Below, in pieces: positions 1-12,204 of a stretch of 64,000 nucleotides of DNA (positions within the stretch are counted from its first letter, which is position 1; every line of letters starts with the position of its first letter). The notes beneath the pieces are model-generated. The model made no database searches. It worked only from the letters and a program-made list of their open reading frames with translations, and was not told where the DNA came from. A program made the position numbers and the translations under genes. This DNA comes from Octopus vulgaris (lineage: Eukaryota): the NCBI GenBank assembly GCA_951406725.2, contig OX597818.1:106764001-106828000 (forward strand), in the 5' to 3' direction.

Positions 1-1295
1 TCAACACACAGGCAACCTTTAACCGTTTCAGTCTACCCTTGTATCTAAACTTGCCAAGATCAAGATCCTGTCTGGGTTGTTTAAGTTGTTGGAAGAGAAT
101 ATTCCACATGATGTGCCATGTTTACAATTCCATGCTTGTAAAAATTGGCTGAGTTTGGTGAGTGAGTGTTCTGAATGGTGTTCCTGGATTGTGGTTCCTC
201 AGTATCTCAGGTGAAGTTGATCTTTGCTAGCATTATTCTGTTATTGTCAAGGTGAAGGCTCCTACATGGAATTAGGTGGGAGGTGGAGGATAGCCTGACA
301 TTGATGTTAACATTGAGAAAATGCAAACATCTGTGGCCCTTGTCAATGCATCAGTAGTTCACAGGCCAAGATGCTACTATATCCATGAGAATGGCCAACA
401 AAACTACGGTGTTAAGTTCATGTATGCTATAATGATTGAAATCTGCGTGTTATCACAGATGCCTGTTCAAAGCTTTACCAATTTTACTAATTCAGAATTT
501 CCAATGGGAATTATTCCAGCAGAGTTACTGATATAACAACATTTGTGCAACCAATGTGGACCACTTAAAGATTCTCATTTTACTCCCTCTGTAGAGTACT
601 CATAAAAACGTAGAAGCTCCACAACTGCAAAAAAGACTTGTGATTTAGCATCATTAGGACTGCAAAAGATTTCCTTATTTTCTTCCTGAGTCAAAATCTT
701 CATCTCCTGTCTGGGACCTACTCTGAGCCAGAATTTTGCCTCCTAACATAGCACCTCCAGATTCCATTCCTTGGCAGATCTTCCTTGTACCAAGTGATTT
801 ACTCATCCTGAAACAACCTCCAAAATGTTTGACAGAATCTTTGCCATAATTTCTGCCATGAAAATCTTGTTGAACAACAAAACCACCAAATTGGTCGAGT
901 CCTGTTTTCACTGATATATTATCATACAATCCTTTCATTTTAATAGTTTATGAAAAAAAAAAAAATGAATTCCAAGAAATTTTATTCATTTATTATTTTT
1001 CTTTTTAATTCTACAAAATCTGGTCAAGCATAGACAAAATAATCCCACAGAAAGCTCAAATAAGTGAGAAAGGCAATCACTCGACATCAAGCTTGTTTTT
1101 GGTTTCTGAATCAAACTATAGCATTTGCATTTTATGAATCTTGATAACAGTTGTGTTGTGGTGTTTATATGTGATGGGGTTGTATTGTTCAACTGTGCAT
1201 AATGGAAGCAACTAGGCTTACCCTGAGCAGATTCTCAGTCAATGGATATGAACAGCAGCTTGTTTTAAACTAAAAGCTGAAATACTGTATTCCTA

Positions 1296-1456
1296 GGTGT
1301 AGGCATGGCTGTGCGATAAGAAACTTGCTTCCTAACCCCATGGTTCTGGGTTCAGTCCCACTGCATTGCACCTGGGCAAGAGTCTTCTACTATTGCCTCG
1401 GGCTGATCAAGGACTTGTAAGTAAATTTGGTAGATGGAAATTGAAACAAGTCCATC

Positions 1457-1513
<57 letters not shown>

Positions 1514-1760
1514 TATGTATATGTATATATATAATTCAAATGAATCTTAATTATATATATATATATATATATATTTATGTCTGTGTTTATTGCCACCACC
1601 ATTGCTTGACAACTGATGCTGGTGTGTTTACATCCCAGTAACTTAGCAGTTCAGCAAAAGAGAACCAATAGAATAAGTATTAGGTTTACAAAAAATACTT
1701 GAAGGCAGTGCTCCAGCATGGCTCAGTCAAATGACTGAAACAAATAAATGAATAAAAGAA
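1296..1760 (+). mobile_element. tRNA-headed SINE family A (CORE-like, octopus OR2-like), near full length, with internal (GT)n/(TA)n
   Basis: Head ggcatggctgtgcgataag...ggttcagtccc (A/B-box-like), then cacctgggcaagag core-like motif and 3' gtgctccagcatggc...aatgactgaaac. Collinear with copies at 59042 and 60744. Confidence 0.85.
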
Positions 1761-1786
1761 ATCTACAAAATTTGGTTTTGTGTGTA

Positions 1787-1850
<64 letters not shown>

Positions 1851-2242
1851 TGTGTGTGTGGGAAGGAATGGTAAATAATATGTTTTCTGTTAAACTGGTC
1901 TGGTGAATTGGCTTACCTATACAGTTCTGGTTTTCGATACTTAGTCGTACTGTAGATTATAACAGAACATCATTTTTAATTATGAATTAATTAGTTGCTT
2001 AATGTTTCCATGTTAAGTGACAATGGACTTCCTATACACGAAATTGGGAGAGAAAAGAGAAAGAGAGTCTCTGAAAGGCATGAAGATCACATAATCTCTT
2101 TGGAATCATAATCTGAAGACTTGGCTTTTTAGCTTGGGAAGAAGTCTGTTTTTAAATTGCCTGGAATTTTTGTGGCAATTATAGATTCTCAGTAATGATA
2201 GGAACTCAGGTTTCTATAGCAGTCAACATTATGAATCAGAAA

Positions 2243-2326
2243 TAGAAGAAGAAGAAGAAGAAGAAGAAGAAGAAGAAGAAGAAGAAGAAGAAGAAGAAGA
2301 AGAAGAAGAAGAAGAAGAAGAAGAAG
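2243..2326. repeat. (AAG)n microsatellite
   Basis: Long pure AAG run; it generates the spurious poly-Leu ORF. Confidence 0.95.
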
Positions 2327-2820
2327 ATTATGAGGAAAAGGAGGAGATGATGATGATGGTAGTGGTGATGATGATGAGAAGAAGGAAGACCATGGTGGTG
2401 CCAATGTATCTCATGATGCCTGTAGAATGCAAAGAAGTTTTGTTGGTTGTAGTTAATTAGAAATCCAAAATAAAATGAGAAAGTGTTTTTAATTGTTTGT
2501 TAATCCTATCTTCTGGGATCTTACCTTCCCATTGGTTGACTAAATGCTGGTTGTCTTAAATAGTTGATAACTTATCTTAATTCAACTAAAAATTGGCTCC
2601 AGGCATAAAATATTAGCAGAAAACTTAAATGATAGTCTAGGGAGGATGAATTTATTTTAAAACCACGAATGAATATTCATATCATTCTAACAGCATTCTC
2701 TTGCAATGGTATGCCATGGAGGATATTAAACAAATGGTAGAAACAGTTTGACGGTGAGCAGTTTTATATAAAAAATTCTGAAGCTGTTAGGGAAATGTCA
2801 TATTTCAAGAAGCATCTCAT

Positions 2821-2898
2821 TATGAAATGCCACATGAAAAAGTATTCGTTTTATGAAATGCCACATGAAAAAGTATTCGTTTTATGGCATGCCACATG
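2821..2898. repeat. 31-bp tandem duplication (2 exact copies plus a partial third)
   Basis: tatgaaatgccacatgaaaaagtattcgttt at 2821-2851 and 2852-2882, then tatggcatgccacatg. Confidence 0.9.
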
Positions 2899-3865
2899 TA
2901 ACAATAGGGAGTTCATTATATTTGGGAAAGCAAACAGAAACACAAAAACCAATCTGTGATATCTTCTCTGCTGAAGACCTGTCATACAATGATATTCATT
3001 ACAATTTCTTTCAGATGATTGCTTCATCTTTCCTCTCCATGAAGATACCAGACACTAAACCAGAATAAAAGCTGTGAATCATCGTTAACAATAATTTGTT
3101 CCTTGTTTGTTCAGCATGCCAGCCAATTGTAGCCAAATAGTAAAGGCAGCAGACAGTAAAGCTTAAGAGAATTAATTCAATTACAATCTGATAATGAAGA
3201 GCCTGTTAGACTTACTTTCCACTCAGCAGCTGAGAGATGACATGTGTCTGAACAAAAGAATGCTGTGTACTTACTGACTTGTAAAGCTGTCGGACAATGA
3301 GGTGGGGTGGGATGGGTGGGGAAGGGGACACAGAAGACTAGTTTTCAATATTTGCTTAATGAATTCTGGAGGTGAACTAAAAACTGATCACAATGAAAAG
3401 CTATCAAATTGGACCAGCTGTATAAACGAAGGCTGAATATATTATTAGCAAAGTGTTGAGGGAAATAATACAGGCCATGTGGTGAATGGGTTACGAGGTT
3501 GAAGCATCAAACTAGAATAAAGTTTTATTTGCTAAAATATATTAATAAACAGTTTTTAAGTTTGACTGCAATGTTTTAAATCTGACACCTTTCTATAAAG
3601 AACGGAAAATTAAAACGGATTAAAAAATATTGCTGAGAGCATATCTATTACATTACATTTATTACTTTTTTTTTTTTTGCAAAGAATCAGAGTCAGGGTG
3701 ATGTTAAGAAGAGTTAATAAACATTATGACCAATAAACAATGGTACATTCTGCTCTGTTATTCAATCTTAGCAAATTTCATTCCAGACTATTTCAACTTG
3801 AGGATTCTTTTAAGTACAAGCCTAGTCTTACTCTTTTTATTTTAGTTTGGGGAACTGAACCTCAG

Positions 3866-4110
3866 TCAACAACAACAACAACAACAACAACCACCACCAC
3901 CACCACCACCACCACCACCACCACCACCAACAACAACAACAACTTCAGCATCAGCACCACCAGCTTTCCATGCTGACCTGGACCATTTGACAGGGGAACC
4001 AGTGTGCTGCAAGGGCTCAGTGTCAGGTTCCAGTGTCATCTTTGGCATTCTTTCTGCAGCTAGTTGCCTTTCCTAATGGCAACTGGTTTACAAAGTGGCA
4101 CTAACCAGTA
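3866..4110 (-). mobile_element. Degenerate RTE 3'-tail element (family C) with expanded (CAA)/(CAC) tail
   Basis: ctttccatgctg...tttcctaatggcaac resembles family C copies; a trinucleotide tail lies on the left. Confidence 0.55.
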
Positions 4111-4429
4111 AGTTTAGGGAGAGTTTGAAATCAATACACAGGGGAATGAAACTAGTCTGTGGAATGGACAGAAGGAGGAAACTGAAGTGAAGCCTGTTAT
4201 AGTCTTTTATTCTTTAATTGGCATCAGTCATTAGACTTCAGCCAGGGTACAACCTTCAAAAGCATTTAGGGATTTATTTTATTGATAGAATTTTGAAAAT
4301 CTTTCCCACCATCAGAATTTTTCAATTTTTTTGTCTACACTGGTTTAACATTGAGGCTGATGGCATTAATCACATAGATTTCCTCTAGAAATTAATAACA
4401 AAAAAATTACCAGCATTTTAATATATATA

Positions 4430-4561
4430 GATGTATATGACGATAATATAGAAAAATAGATAAATGTTCAAACTTTAAAATGATATAAACGTCATTGACA
4501 ATAAACGTTTCTGTGATTTCTAAATATTTTTGGAGGCCTTACTTTTGGGATTACCCTCGTA
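4430..4561. mobile_element. Possible Tc1/mariner-type terminal fragment
   Basis: Ends in ttacttttgggattaccctcg followed by TA, resembling mariner TIR ends. No partner TIR was found. Confidence 0.35.
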
Positions 4562-4612
4562 TATAAAACAACATGTTCTTGGGGTTAAAATGTAATAACA
4601 TCGATCTGTATA

Positions 4613-4903
4613 TCTTTATATATAAAAGTGAAGTTGTGTGAGTGTCTGTCTCCTACGATTTAGATTCCTAACTACTCCCACATTTTGCGGTGCAGTTTAA
4701 CCAAAACCGGGTATCTTATAGTCGTGATTCATATTGAGCCCTTCTGGGTATTAGCGCGTGTCTACGATTTAAAAAAAAATTTACCATCATTTTTTCCCAT
4801 TTTTAATGCATTTTTTGCTATTATATAAGGGAAGTAACTCTCTAAAAATGCTTATATAGTTATTTCCCTTACAAAACCGAGCAACGCCGGGCGATACTGC
4901 TAA
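4613..4903 (+). mobile_element. Non-autonomous Helitron
   Basis: 5' TC (tctttatatataaaag), 3' CTAA (fits CTRR), subterminal GC hairpin ccgagcaacgccgg at 4877-4890, inserted between A4612 and T4904, no TSD. Confidence 0.8.
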
Positions 4904-5114
4904 TATATATATATAATTGCCAACCAAGTGCGGCATCCTATACGAGACAATGTACTGGCGTTTATAGCCCCAGGAAGACATCTCTTCCAACTGGCTAACG
5001 ACACATGTTTTGTGTCCAATTAGTATTTGCAAGGGGAATACATCACTCTCATTCCCAGCCTTACACATGGACTCCTGGGTGGTTACCCATCTTCATCATC
5101 TGTTAATCACCAGC

Positions 5115-6445
5115 TTTCTCTTTATTATAGGCACAAGGCCCAAATACAGAGGGGACATGCACAAACATGCGGGAAGAAAAAAAAACATATGAAAGAATGA
5201 ATTACAGTATAATGAATATGAGACGGTTTTCTCGGTCCCACTCCGAGACGAAACCGCGATTACTGTTTTACAATTAAATGTTCTTACAATCTTTTCTTTT
5301 TTTCCCTTTTTTAGCTCGTTCTTTTTCTTAGTGTTTTTTTATCGTTTTTTTCTCTAAACTTTTTAACAGTCTATTTTCCTCGTTTTTTATATGAAGTACA
5401 AATTTTACTTACTTGTTTTTACATGTTCATAAAGGGTTTCAAATCTTCTAATTCCACGACCAGTGGGAGCTCGTCAAACTTGACTTCAACCTTCAGCTCG
5501 TCTATGAAAAGTCGATACATCTCTCTCAATTTCAAAAATCTCTCTTTGTCTATGACTATTCCTTTAGGGTATTCCGGGTATTTTCCTGGCGGCAGCTTTA
5601 CTCTTATTACCGATTTATATTTTACAATCGTTTTCTCTATTTCTTTACTTTTGGAACACAGGACCAAATGCCACTTGTATCTCTTCCTTTTCACTTCTGC
5701 TTGCTTCGGTTCCTGTCCTGATGTGTTCGGGCACACAGAAACATTGCAACCAACTCCACAAACGCTTCCTCTTTCTCCCTCTTGTAATGCTGTTTTTTCC
5801 TGTGTGCCTTCTTTCACCACTGCTTCTGTTGGTGCTTCACACCTATTTCGCTTTTTCTTCCGTTACAGTCTCTTTTAGCCTTTTTTGACTGTTTAGGGGT
5901 GAATTCACCCGTTTCTTTCTCTTCCTCCTGTTTACTACTGTGAAGGGTTCCTCCACTCCATCTTCCTCCTTCACCAGTACCACCTCATCGGCATTTCTCT
6001 CCTCCCCACTCCTCCCACTGCCACTCGAAGTCTGGTGTCCCCCGGGAGCATTTCCTCCGCCACACTTTGCAAGTCTTCCAAAGACACCTGTGTGGTCACC
6101 TCGAGGCCACATCCCCACCAATTGGACCATGGGGTCCCCGCCATCCTGAGGATCTCCACCTCATCCCCCATATTGCGCATCACGGCTGCTACCAGCCATT
6201 CCTCCGCGATTTCCGAGAGGCTCTCCTCCAATTCTCACTTTGGCAATGCGTCCGCCACAGCACATCGGAAGCAGCATCCATCTCACTGTCCACAACGGCT
6301 CCGTGGAACGGTCCATGACATCCTCCTCGCTGCCAAACCCCACCTCCACCGAGCCACACCTTCCTCCACGTGTACAGAATGTGGTCAGCCTCTTCACATT
6401 TTCGAGGCCCTCCTCCACCTCTGTTGGGGCTAACTCTACACTCAC
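5115..6445 (-). mobile_element. L1/Tx1-like ORF1 element with no ORF2 (HAL1-like), frameshifted and 5'-truncated
   Basis: ORFs 6161-6445, 5971-6231, 5843-6130 and 5419-5820 join through three frame changes into about 340 aa. It has an RRM-like segment (RIAKVRIGG..EIAEEWLVAAV..GLEV..LRVAVGG) and a basic linker FTVVNRRKRKK. An A-rich 3' UTR and AATAAA (5121-5126) follow. The ORF region is a GC-rich island. Confidence 0.65.
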
Positions 6446-6567
6446 AAGGCTTTAATCAGCCCAAGGTTACAGCAGAAGATTCTGACCCAAGGTGCCATGC
6501 TGTGGAACTGAACTCGGAACCATGTGGTTGGGTAACAAGCTTCTTACCACACAGCCACACCTGTGCC
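6439..6567 (-). mobile_element. SINE family A, 5' portion
   Basis: Reverse complement of the family A head (cttaccacacagccacacctgtgcc; ccaaggtgcc). Confidence 0.8.
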
Positions 6568-6569
6568 TA

Positions 6570-6839
6570 TATCATCATCATCATCGTCGTTGTCGTCATC
6601 GTCGTTGAACGTCTGCTTTCCATGCTGGCATGGGTTGGACGGTTTAACTGAAGTCTGGAGAGCCAGGAGGCTGCACCAGGCTCCAATCTGGTCTGGCAAG
6701 GTTTCTTCAGTTGGATACCCTTCCTAATGCCAACCACTCCTAGAGTGTAGTGGGTGCTTTTTAGGTGCCACCGGCACAAGGGCCAGTCAGGGTGCACTAG
6801 TAACGACCACTCTTAAATGGTGCTTTTTATGTGCCACCG
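6570..6839 (-). mobile_element. RTE 3'-tail element (family C)
   Basis: (CAT)n tail, ttccatgctggcatgggttggacgg, cccttcctaatgccaaccact, gtgccaccggcac modules. Confidence 0.85.
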
Positions 6840-7109
6840 ATGTTTATTATTCTTACAAAGTACACAGTATCCCATCATATTGATGTAAAATTGTTTTTAT
6901 CATAACTGATCATAAAAACAAACATTAATATATATATATATATATATATAATTGTGTGTGTATGTATGTATGTATTATAGAGCGTTAGAAGTGGTGTACA
7001 GATATTGGGTATTGAGAAAAGAGGAGCTTATCAGAATTTTGGAAAAAGAATTTTTTTATTTAGTCGTTATTATTAGCAGTCTTGTTCCATCTTCGAACTT
7101 GTCAAATAA

Positions 7110-7130
7110 GTATATATATATATGTATTTA

Positions 7131-7196
<66 letters not shown>

Positions 7197-7200
7197 CACA
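7110..7200. repeat. (TA)n microsatellite
   Basis: Long TA run. Confidence 0.9.
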
Positions 7201-7629
7201 CACATACATGTACACATGCTCATATACACACTTACACACAGTTCATGTGTGTGGGTCCCCTTTGTTATAAACCAACGCATTGTGTGGAGTTTTACTCCAT
7301 CCACTGCTGGGCAGTTTGCAGTATTGTAATGTCCCTTAAAACAGGTGCTTTAAAACTTTCTCATGCCTGTTGCTGTTTTACAATAAATAGACGTCTGTGG
7401 GACAGGTGGAGGTCACCAGAGTGGTTCTGTTTTTGGTGCTGTATGGAGTTTGCAGTTAATAATAATGTACTCAGTGCTTGTATGACCTTTTAAAGGGCAA
7501 TTCTTGGTGGGGTGAGATGGGTCTGCTGAAGGTCATGTACCAATGAATTCCTTGTTACTTTATTGTTTGATTATTTTTGGCACCAAATTTTGTGGTGGAC
7601 TGAAATTGTGTTTTACAGTCTACTCTTAA

Positions 7630-7853
7630 CCCTTTCATTACCAACCTGGCTGAAACTGGCTCTGGTTCTGAATACAAATGTTTTGTTTTCATAAGTTTTC
7701 AATTAAAATCTTCCACCAAACCTTAGTTACAATTTATGTTCTTAACACTAGCTTAATGATAACTAAGTTATTTTACTAAATTCTTTGTTATATTTAAAAT
7801 TAATTGAAAGAAACTTGACAGAGCATCTCAACAGAAATACAGTAATGAAAGGA
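7630..7853. mobile_element. piggyBac-type MITE
   Basis: TTAA at 7626-7629 and 7854-7857; TIRs ccctttcattac / gtaatgaaagga (11 of 12 match). A related degenerate copy lies at about 51650-51859. Confidence 0.8.
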
Positions 7854-8659
7854 TTAAATGTTTGTAGTAGTTTTAGGAATATGTTATCATAGCTCTTATT
7901 AATGAAATCACAGGTTGAACGTGATGGAGGAGCAGAATTAGTTTGGGTCTATGAGCTTGATGGAGTTGGATTGGCTTTCTTTTCTTTGATTGTGCTGAAT
8001 TGGTGAATTATGGTTAGTGACAATGATAAGTTAAGGTATAGGTAGACATTTACAGGTGTAATATAGATGGGTGGGACATTGCATGAGTCATGAGGTAGAG
8101 TCAAACTGGATATGAATGAGGGTGTTTGGGGCTGAAGTTGGGATGCAAGAATGCATGAAAGTTGATAATTTAAAGGACTTTATATGCAGACAAGGCATAA
8201 AGGTATTTTTTCCCCTTTAATTAAGAATGTTTTGTGGGTGAGTTACTATTTCCAGCTTCTCCATGGCACATATATTACATCTGCTGCCCATCCGGTCATA
8301 CATTTTAGCCTTGGATCCATCTTATTGAAGGCTTCCCGTACCATCAGGCTCCAGATGAATTGAAATAGTAAAGTTGGTTTACTTCAGATATCTCTGACTT
8401 CTTAAAAGTGATTCAGCACATCTCCACCAGTTCTTTCTCATTTATCAGTTTGCTGAGAGTCGTAACTGTCGTGGAGGAATTGATTGTAACCATAAAGACA
8501 ACCAAGAATTATACAAAATATTTACGGAAATAATTGGCTCTAAAGTTATTTTTCTAAGTCAGTGTTTTTTATTCCTTGTTTTTCACATCCTGTCTGGAGT
8601 CAATTTAACCTACTATGGATATTTTAGGTTAGTCAGAGAGAGAGAGGGGGGATAGATAG

Positions 8660-8872
8660 AGTGTGTGTGTATGTGTGTCTCCTCACCACCATTTGATAAC
8701 CGGTGTTGGTGTGTTGATGTCCCTATAACTTAGTGATTTCATAAAATTAGATTGATAGAACAGGTGCCAGGCTTTAAAATAAATGCTGGGCTTGGTTTGT
8801 TTGACTCGAATTCTTTAAGGTGGTGCCCCAGTCTGGCCACAGTCTAGTGACCTAACACATAAAGGATAAAAG
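8660..8872 (+). mobile_element. SINE family A, degenerate 3' half
   Basis: ccggtgttggtgtgttgatgtccc...aaggtggtgccccag...ggccacagtc. Confidence 0.7.
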
Positions 8873-9072
8873 GTTTTTAAAAAATCAGCAATGGTTGGTG
8901 TGTGTGTAGACAAACCTTCACTGATGTATTGGATGTGTGTAGCTCATTGTTGTTTGTGTGTGGGTGTTTGTGTACATGTGTAATACGTAATATGTTCATG
9001 GTGTATGTATGTATGTGTTCATCCCTAACACTTCTGGAATGGTGTACAAACTTTCATTGTACCACTAAGTAT

Positions 9073-9712
9073 TCATGTTTGAAGAATGTAAACCATTTGT
9101 TTCTTTAAGGAGATCCTTGTCATTTCTATACTTTTATGCAAATCTTTTGGCACATAGCTTTTGGTGTCTGTGATGAGAGTTACAAATGAAACTCTAACGC
9201 CTGAATATAAGAGCTGTAAGTTTCTCCTTATTTCTCCGTAGATGTTTCCTTTTAGCAAGTTTTGATGAAATCTTTACTTCTGCTGATCTTTACAACAGTG
9301 CACGGACTTTAGTTCCCTGTCCTGCAGTATCTGCCACATTCTGCTCACAACAAGCTGATGTTTTTATTGGAATCTTCCATTTGTATTTATTTTTAAAGAT
9401 ATGAATGCATTTGTGTTCTTGTGTCTTTGGTATGGCCATCAAGATGATCCTTACTGAGTTTAGCATTTTAGAAGAATTTAGTGAGAATGACATATTTCAA
9501 GAGAAGGTAGTACCATGTGAACATTTTTGGACAGCTACTGATAGTATGGGTGATATCTTCCACACTGGTATGGTACACTTGTCATTTTTTTTCACAACGT
9601 TGTAGAGGCATTTTATCTTCCTTGTTGATATTTAGTAGCTATCTCCTGTTCCTGGACAGCAAAGGCTAGCCTTTGAGCTGAGATATGGTACATCTATTGC
9701 AGGTCTATATAT
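9073..9712 (-). mobile_element. Dong/R4-like (RLE-type) LINE C-terminal remnant
   Basis: Broken frames give AVQEQEIATKY, HTSVEDITHTISSCPKM..YYL (degenerate CCHC region), WKIPIKTS and NIYGEIRRNLQLLY, typical of the zinc-knuckle and restriction-like endonuclease end. Confidence 0.7.
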
Positions 9713-10049
9713 ATCCAGGCATGTATTTCTGCATGTATGTGTAAGTGCATGCATTTTAGAATGTATGTGAAGTATACGGGGGTAAATTTTTATGTATGTT
9801 TGTATATGTGTTAGTCGTATCTATGTAACTGCATTTATGTATATTGGCATGTATGTGTGAGTATATGCATATATGAATAGGTGTATGTTATATAAATCAT
9901 GTATGTGTATATATATATAAATCATGTGTGTATATATATAAACATGTATATGTGCATGTTTGTATATGTAAATGCATCTATTTGCCATGTATTTGTCTGT
10001 GGAGGTTCATGTAAGCACGCATATGTATAAAAGTGTATGTGTTTTACAT

Positions 10050-10245
10050 ATGTATGTACATATGCATGTATGTATGTATGTATGTATGTATGTATGTATG
10101 TATGTATGTATGTATGTATGTATGTATGTATGTGTGTATGTATGTGTGTGTATGTATGTATGTATGTATGTATGTATGTAGGTATGTATATGTATGTATG
10201 TATGTGTGTGTGTGTGTGTATATATGTATGTATTATGTATGCATG
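10050..10245. repeat. (TATG)n microsatellite
   Basis: Tetranucleotide array; source of the MYVC-repeat ORFs. Confidence 0.95.
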
Positions 10246-10914
10246 TAGTGAATAAAGAGTGTCATGCTCTAAAGAAATATTCAGTAATAAATAGATTGAA
10301 GGCGAACTGACTGCTGCAACTCATCCAATCTCTTCGTGTGCCCATAAAAATCATAGTGTTTACATTTTGATAGATTTCTTTTGTACATAAGTTAATTCTA
10401 TTAGTAACGCATCTCAAGTTAAAGAGACATACATATACGATTTCATAGTAGCTTATTAAAAAGACATCTCCGAACATTTCTTACGTTCGTTGCATTCATT
10501 TCAGCCGACCACGTTTTATAGAATGGTTTCATAACTCACCAATAATTATTTGATGGCAGTAAAAATGCTAAAAATATGGACATTAAGCATGACATGATTA
10601 ATGCGATATAACTTGAAATATTGGTCTTTTATTGTTGTAAGATTTGCTTCCCACAAGAAGCGCACTGAATTATTTCATCCAAAATAAACTTTTGCTTCTT
10701 CAAGATTGAACATACAGTATTTAATGAATAGAAACATATGTATGTGTGTATATGCGAACATGCATACATCAATACAGTTATTTACATAGAAACATATGCA
10801 CAGGTATATATACACACGCTTACACACACACACTGACATCTATGGATATTACATTCAGCTATTTATGCAGATAGCTCACTTTTTCTTTGGGGCACTCTCT
10901 CAATATGTGTGTGT

Positions 10915-10979
<65 letters not shown>

Positions 10980-11201
10980 TGTGTGTGCGTGTGCATGTAT
11001 ATACTCATTTACTCCTATACATACACATATGAAGTATTATGTATGGGACCTTACTTATAATAACTACAACAACAACAACAATAATGATAATAATAATAAC
11101 AGCAACAATAACAATGTTATGTATGTACGTATACATACATGTGTACATGTGCATTTAAGAGAAAGCACATGTGTGTATACTCACATGAAGGTAAATACAA
11201 G

Positions 11202-11258
11202 CACACATACACATTGATGCACACACATACATTGATGCACACATACACATTGATGCAT
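11202..11258. repeat. About 18-bp minisatellite, 3 copies
   Basis: cacacatacacattgatg unit repeated. Confidence 0.75.
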
Positions 11259-12204
11259 TTTACTTCATTAAACTTGTCATCATTCAATATTTTGTATTTA
11301 GTTCTTTGTATTAAATTTATTGAAAAGACCTTTTAATATTTAACTTTTGCAGATGTCAACATTAATTTCGTACACGTATATAAACTTTATTTCTTTTCAG
11401 AATAAATGTATCTTTGAACACATATTCATTCACTTAACTGGCATATGGTTCCAAGTTCAGTCCCACAACACAATACTTAAGCAAGTTCTTCTACTATGGC
11501 CTTCAAGCCTTGCAGCATCCAATAATCTGAGTGAAATTGAGTTGAAAGAAACCGAGCATCTGTGTGTGTGGGTGTCTATTTGCATATATCCAGTTAGAGA
11601 ATTTATGTATAAAGATCAAAAATAAATCCACAGTAATTAATAGCCCAATTAATGAGAGGTGATTAAACTCCAACACATAATTACATTGCTGTAAATCCAA
11701 GTGGGACTGACTTGCATGTATGCATATATGTGTGTGCGTGTGTGTGTGCGTGTGTGTGTGCGTGTGTGTGTGTTTATGCATGTCTGTGAGTGCGTGTGTG
11801 TGTGTGTTTGTGTGTGTGAGTGTGATCAGTGAAAATGATAAATATAAGCATATTTCACTTAGTCATCCACTGACCAATTGCATAAATAATATTATCAATG
11901 TCTTTAAATATATAATACTAAACTCATATTGATGAAACTTATTAGCTGTAACACAAACAACAAATATAATTTTTAAAAAGTTTACTTGAACAACACATAT
12001 CAGAGGTTATATAACCTCTGTAACTATTTCTAATCTAAAGCTAAGAAATACAATTCCTTGCAAATATCCTTAGTATTTTTAGTATTGATGGTATTTCACA
12101 CAATACTTCCTGAGTTGCTGATACTAACCTTATGTTATTCAATAATTCATCTGCTGGCATGTTGAATGACTTCCGTCTCTAGCAAAATAATAATAATCTA
12201 TTAT

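Noticed and set aside
675-938. 87-aa ATG ORF
   Set aside because: No recognisable motif or splice context; the length is compatible with chance.
2189-2404. Poly-Leu membrane-like ORF
   Set aside because: Antisense reading of the (AAG)n repeat.
5423-6455. Plus-strand ORFs of 151 and 132 aa
   Set aside because: Antisense shadows of the minus-strand ORF1-like frame.
7070-7110. Minus-strand UUGACAA core (another U3-A8 candidate) next to (TA)n
   Set aside because: GGAA instead of GAAA, and stems II and III are weak; not supportable without other copies.
9972-10255. ORFs rich in MYVC/HTYI/YI/ER/VC (also at 35295-35780, 59927-60386, 61311-61670, 63573-63881 and elsewhere)
   Set aside because: They are translations of stop-free microsatellites.
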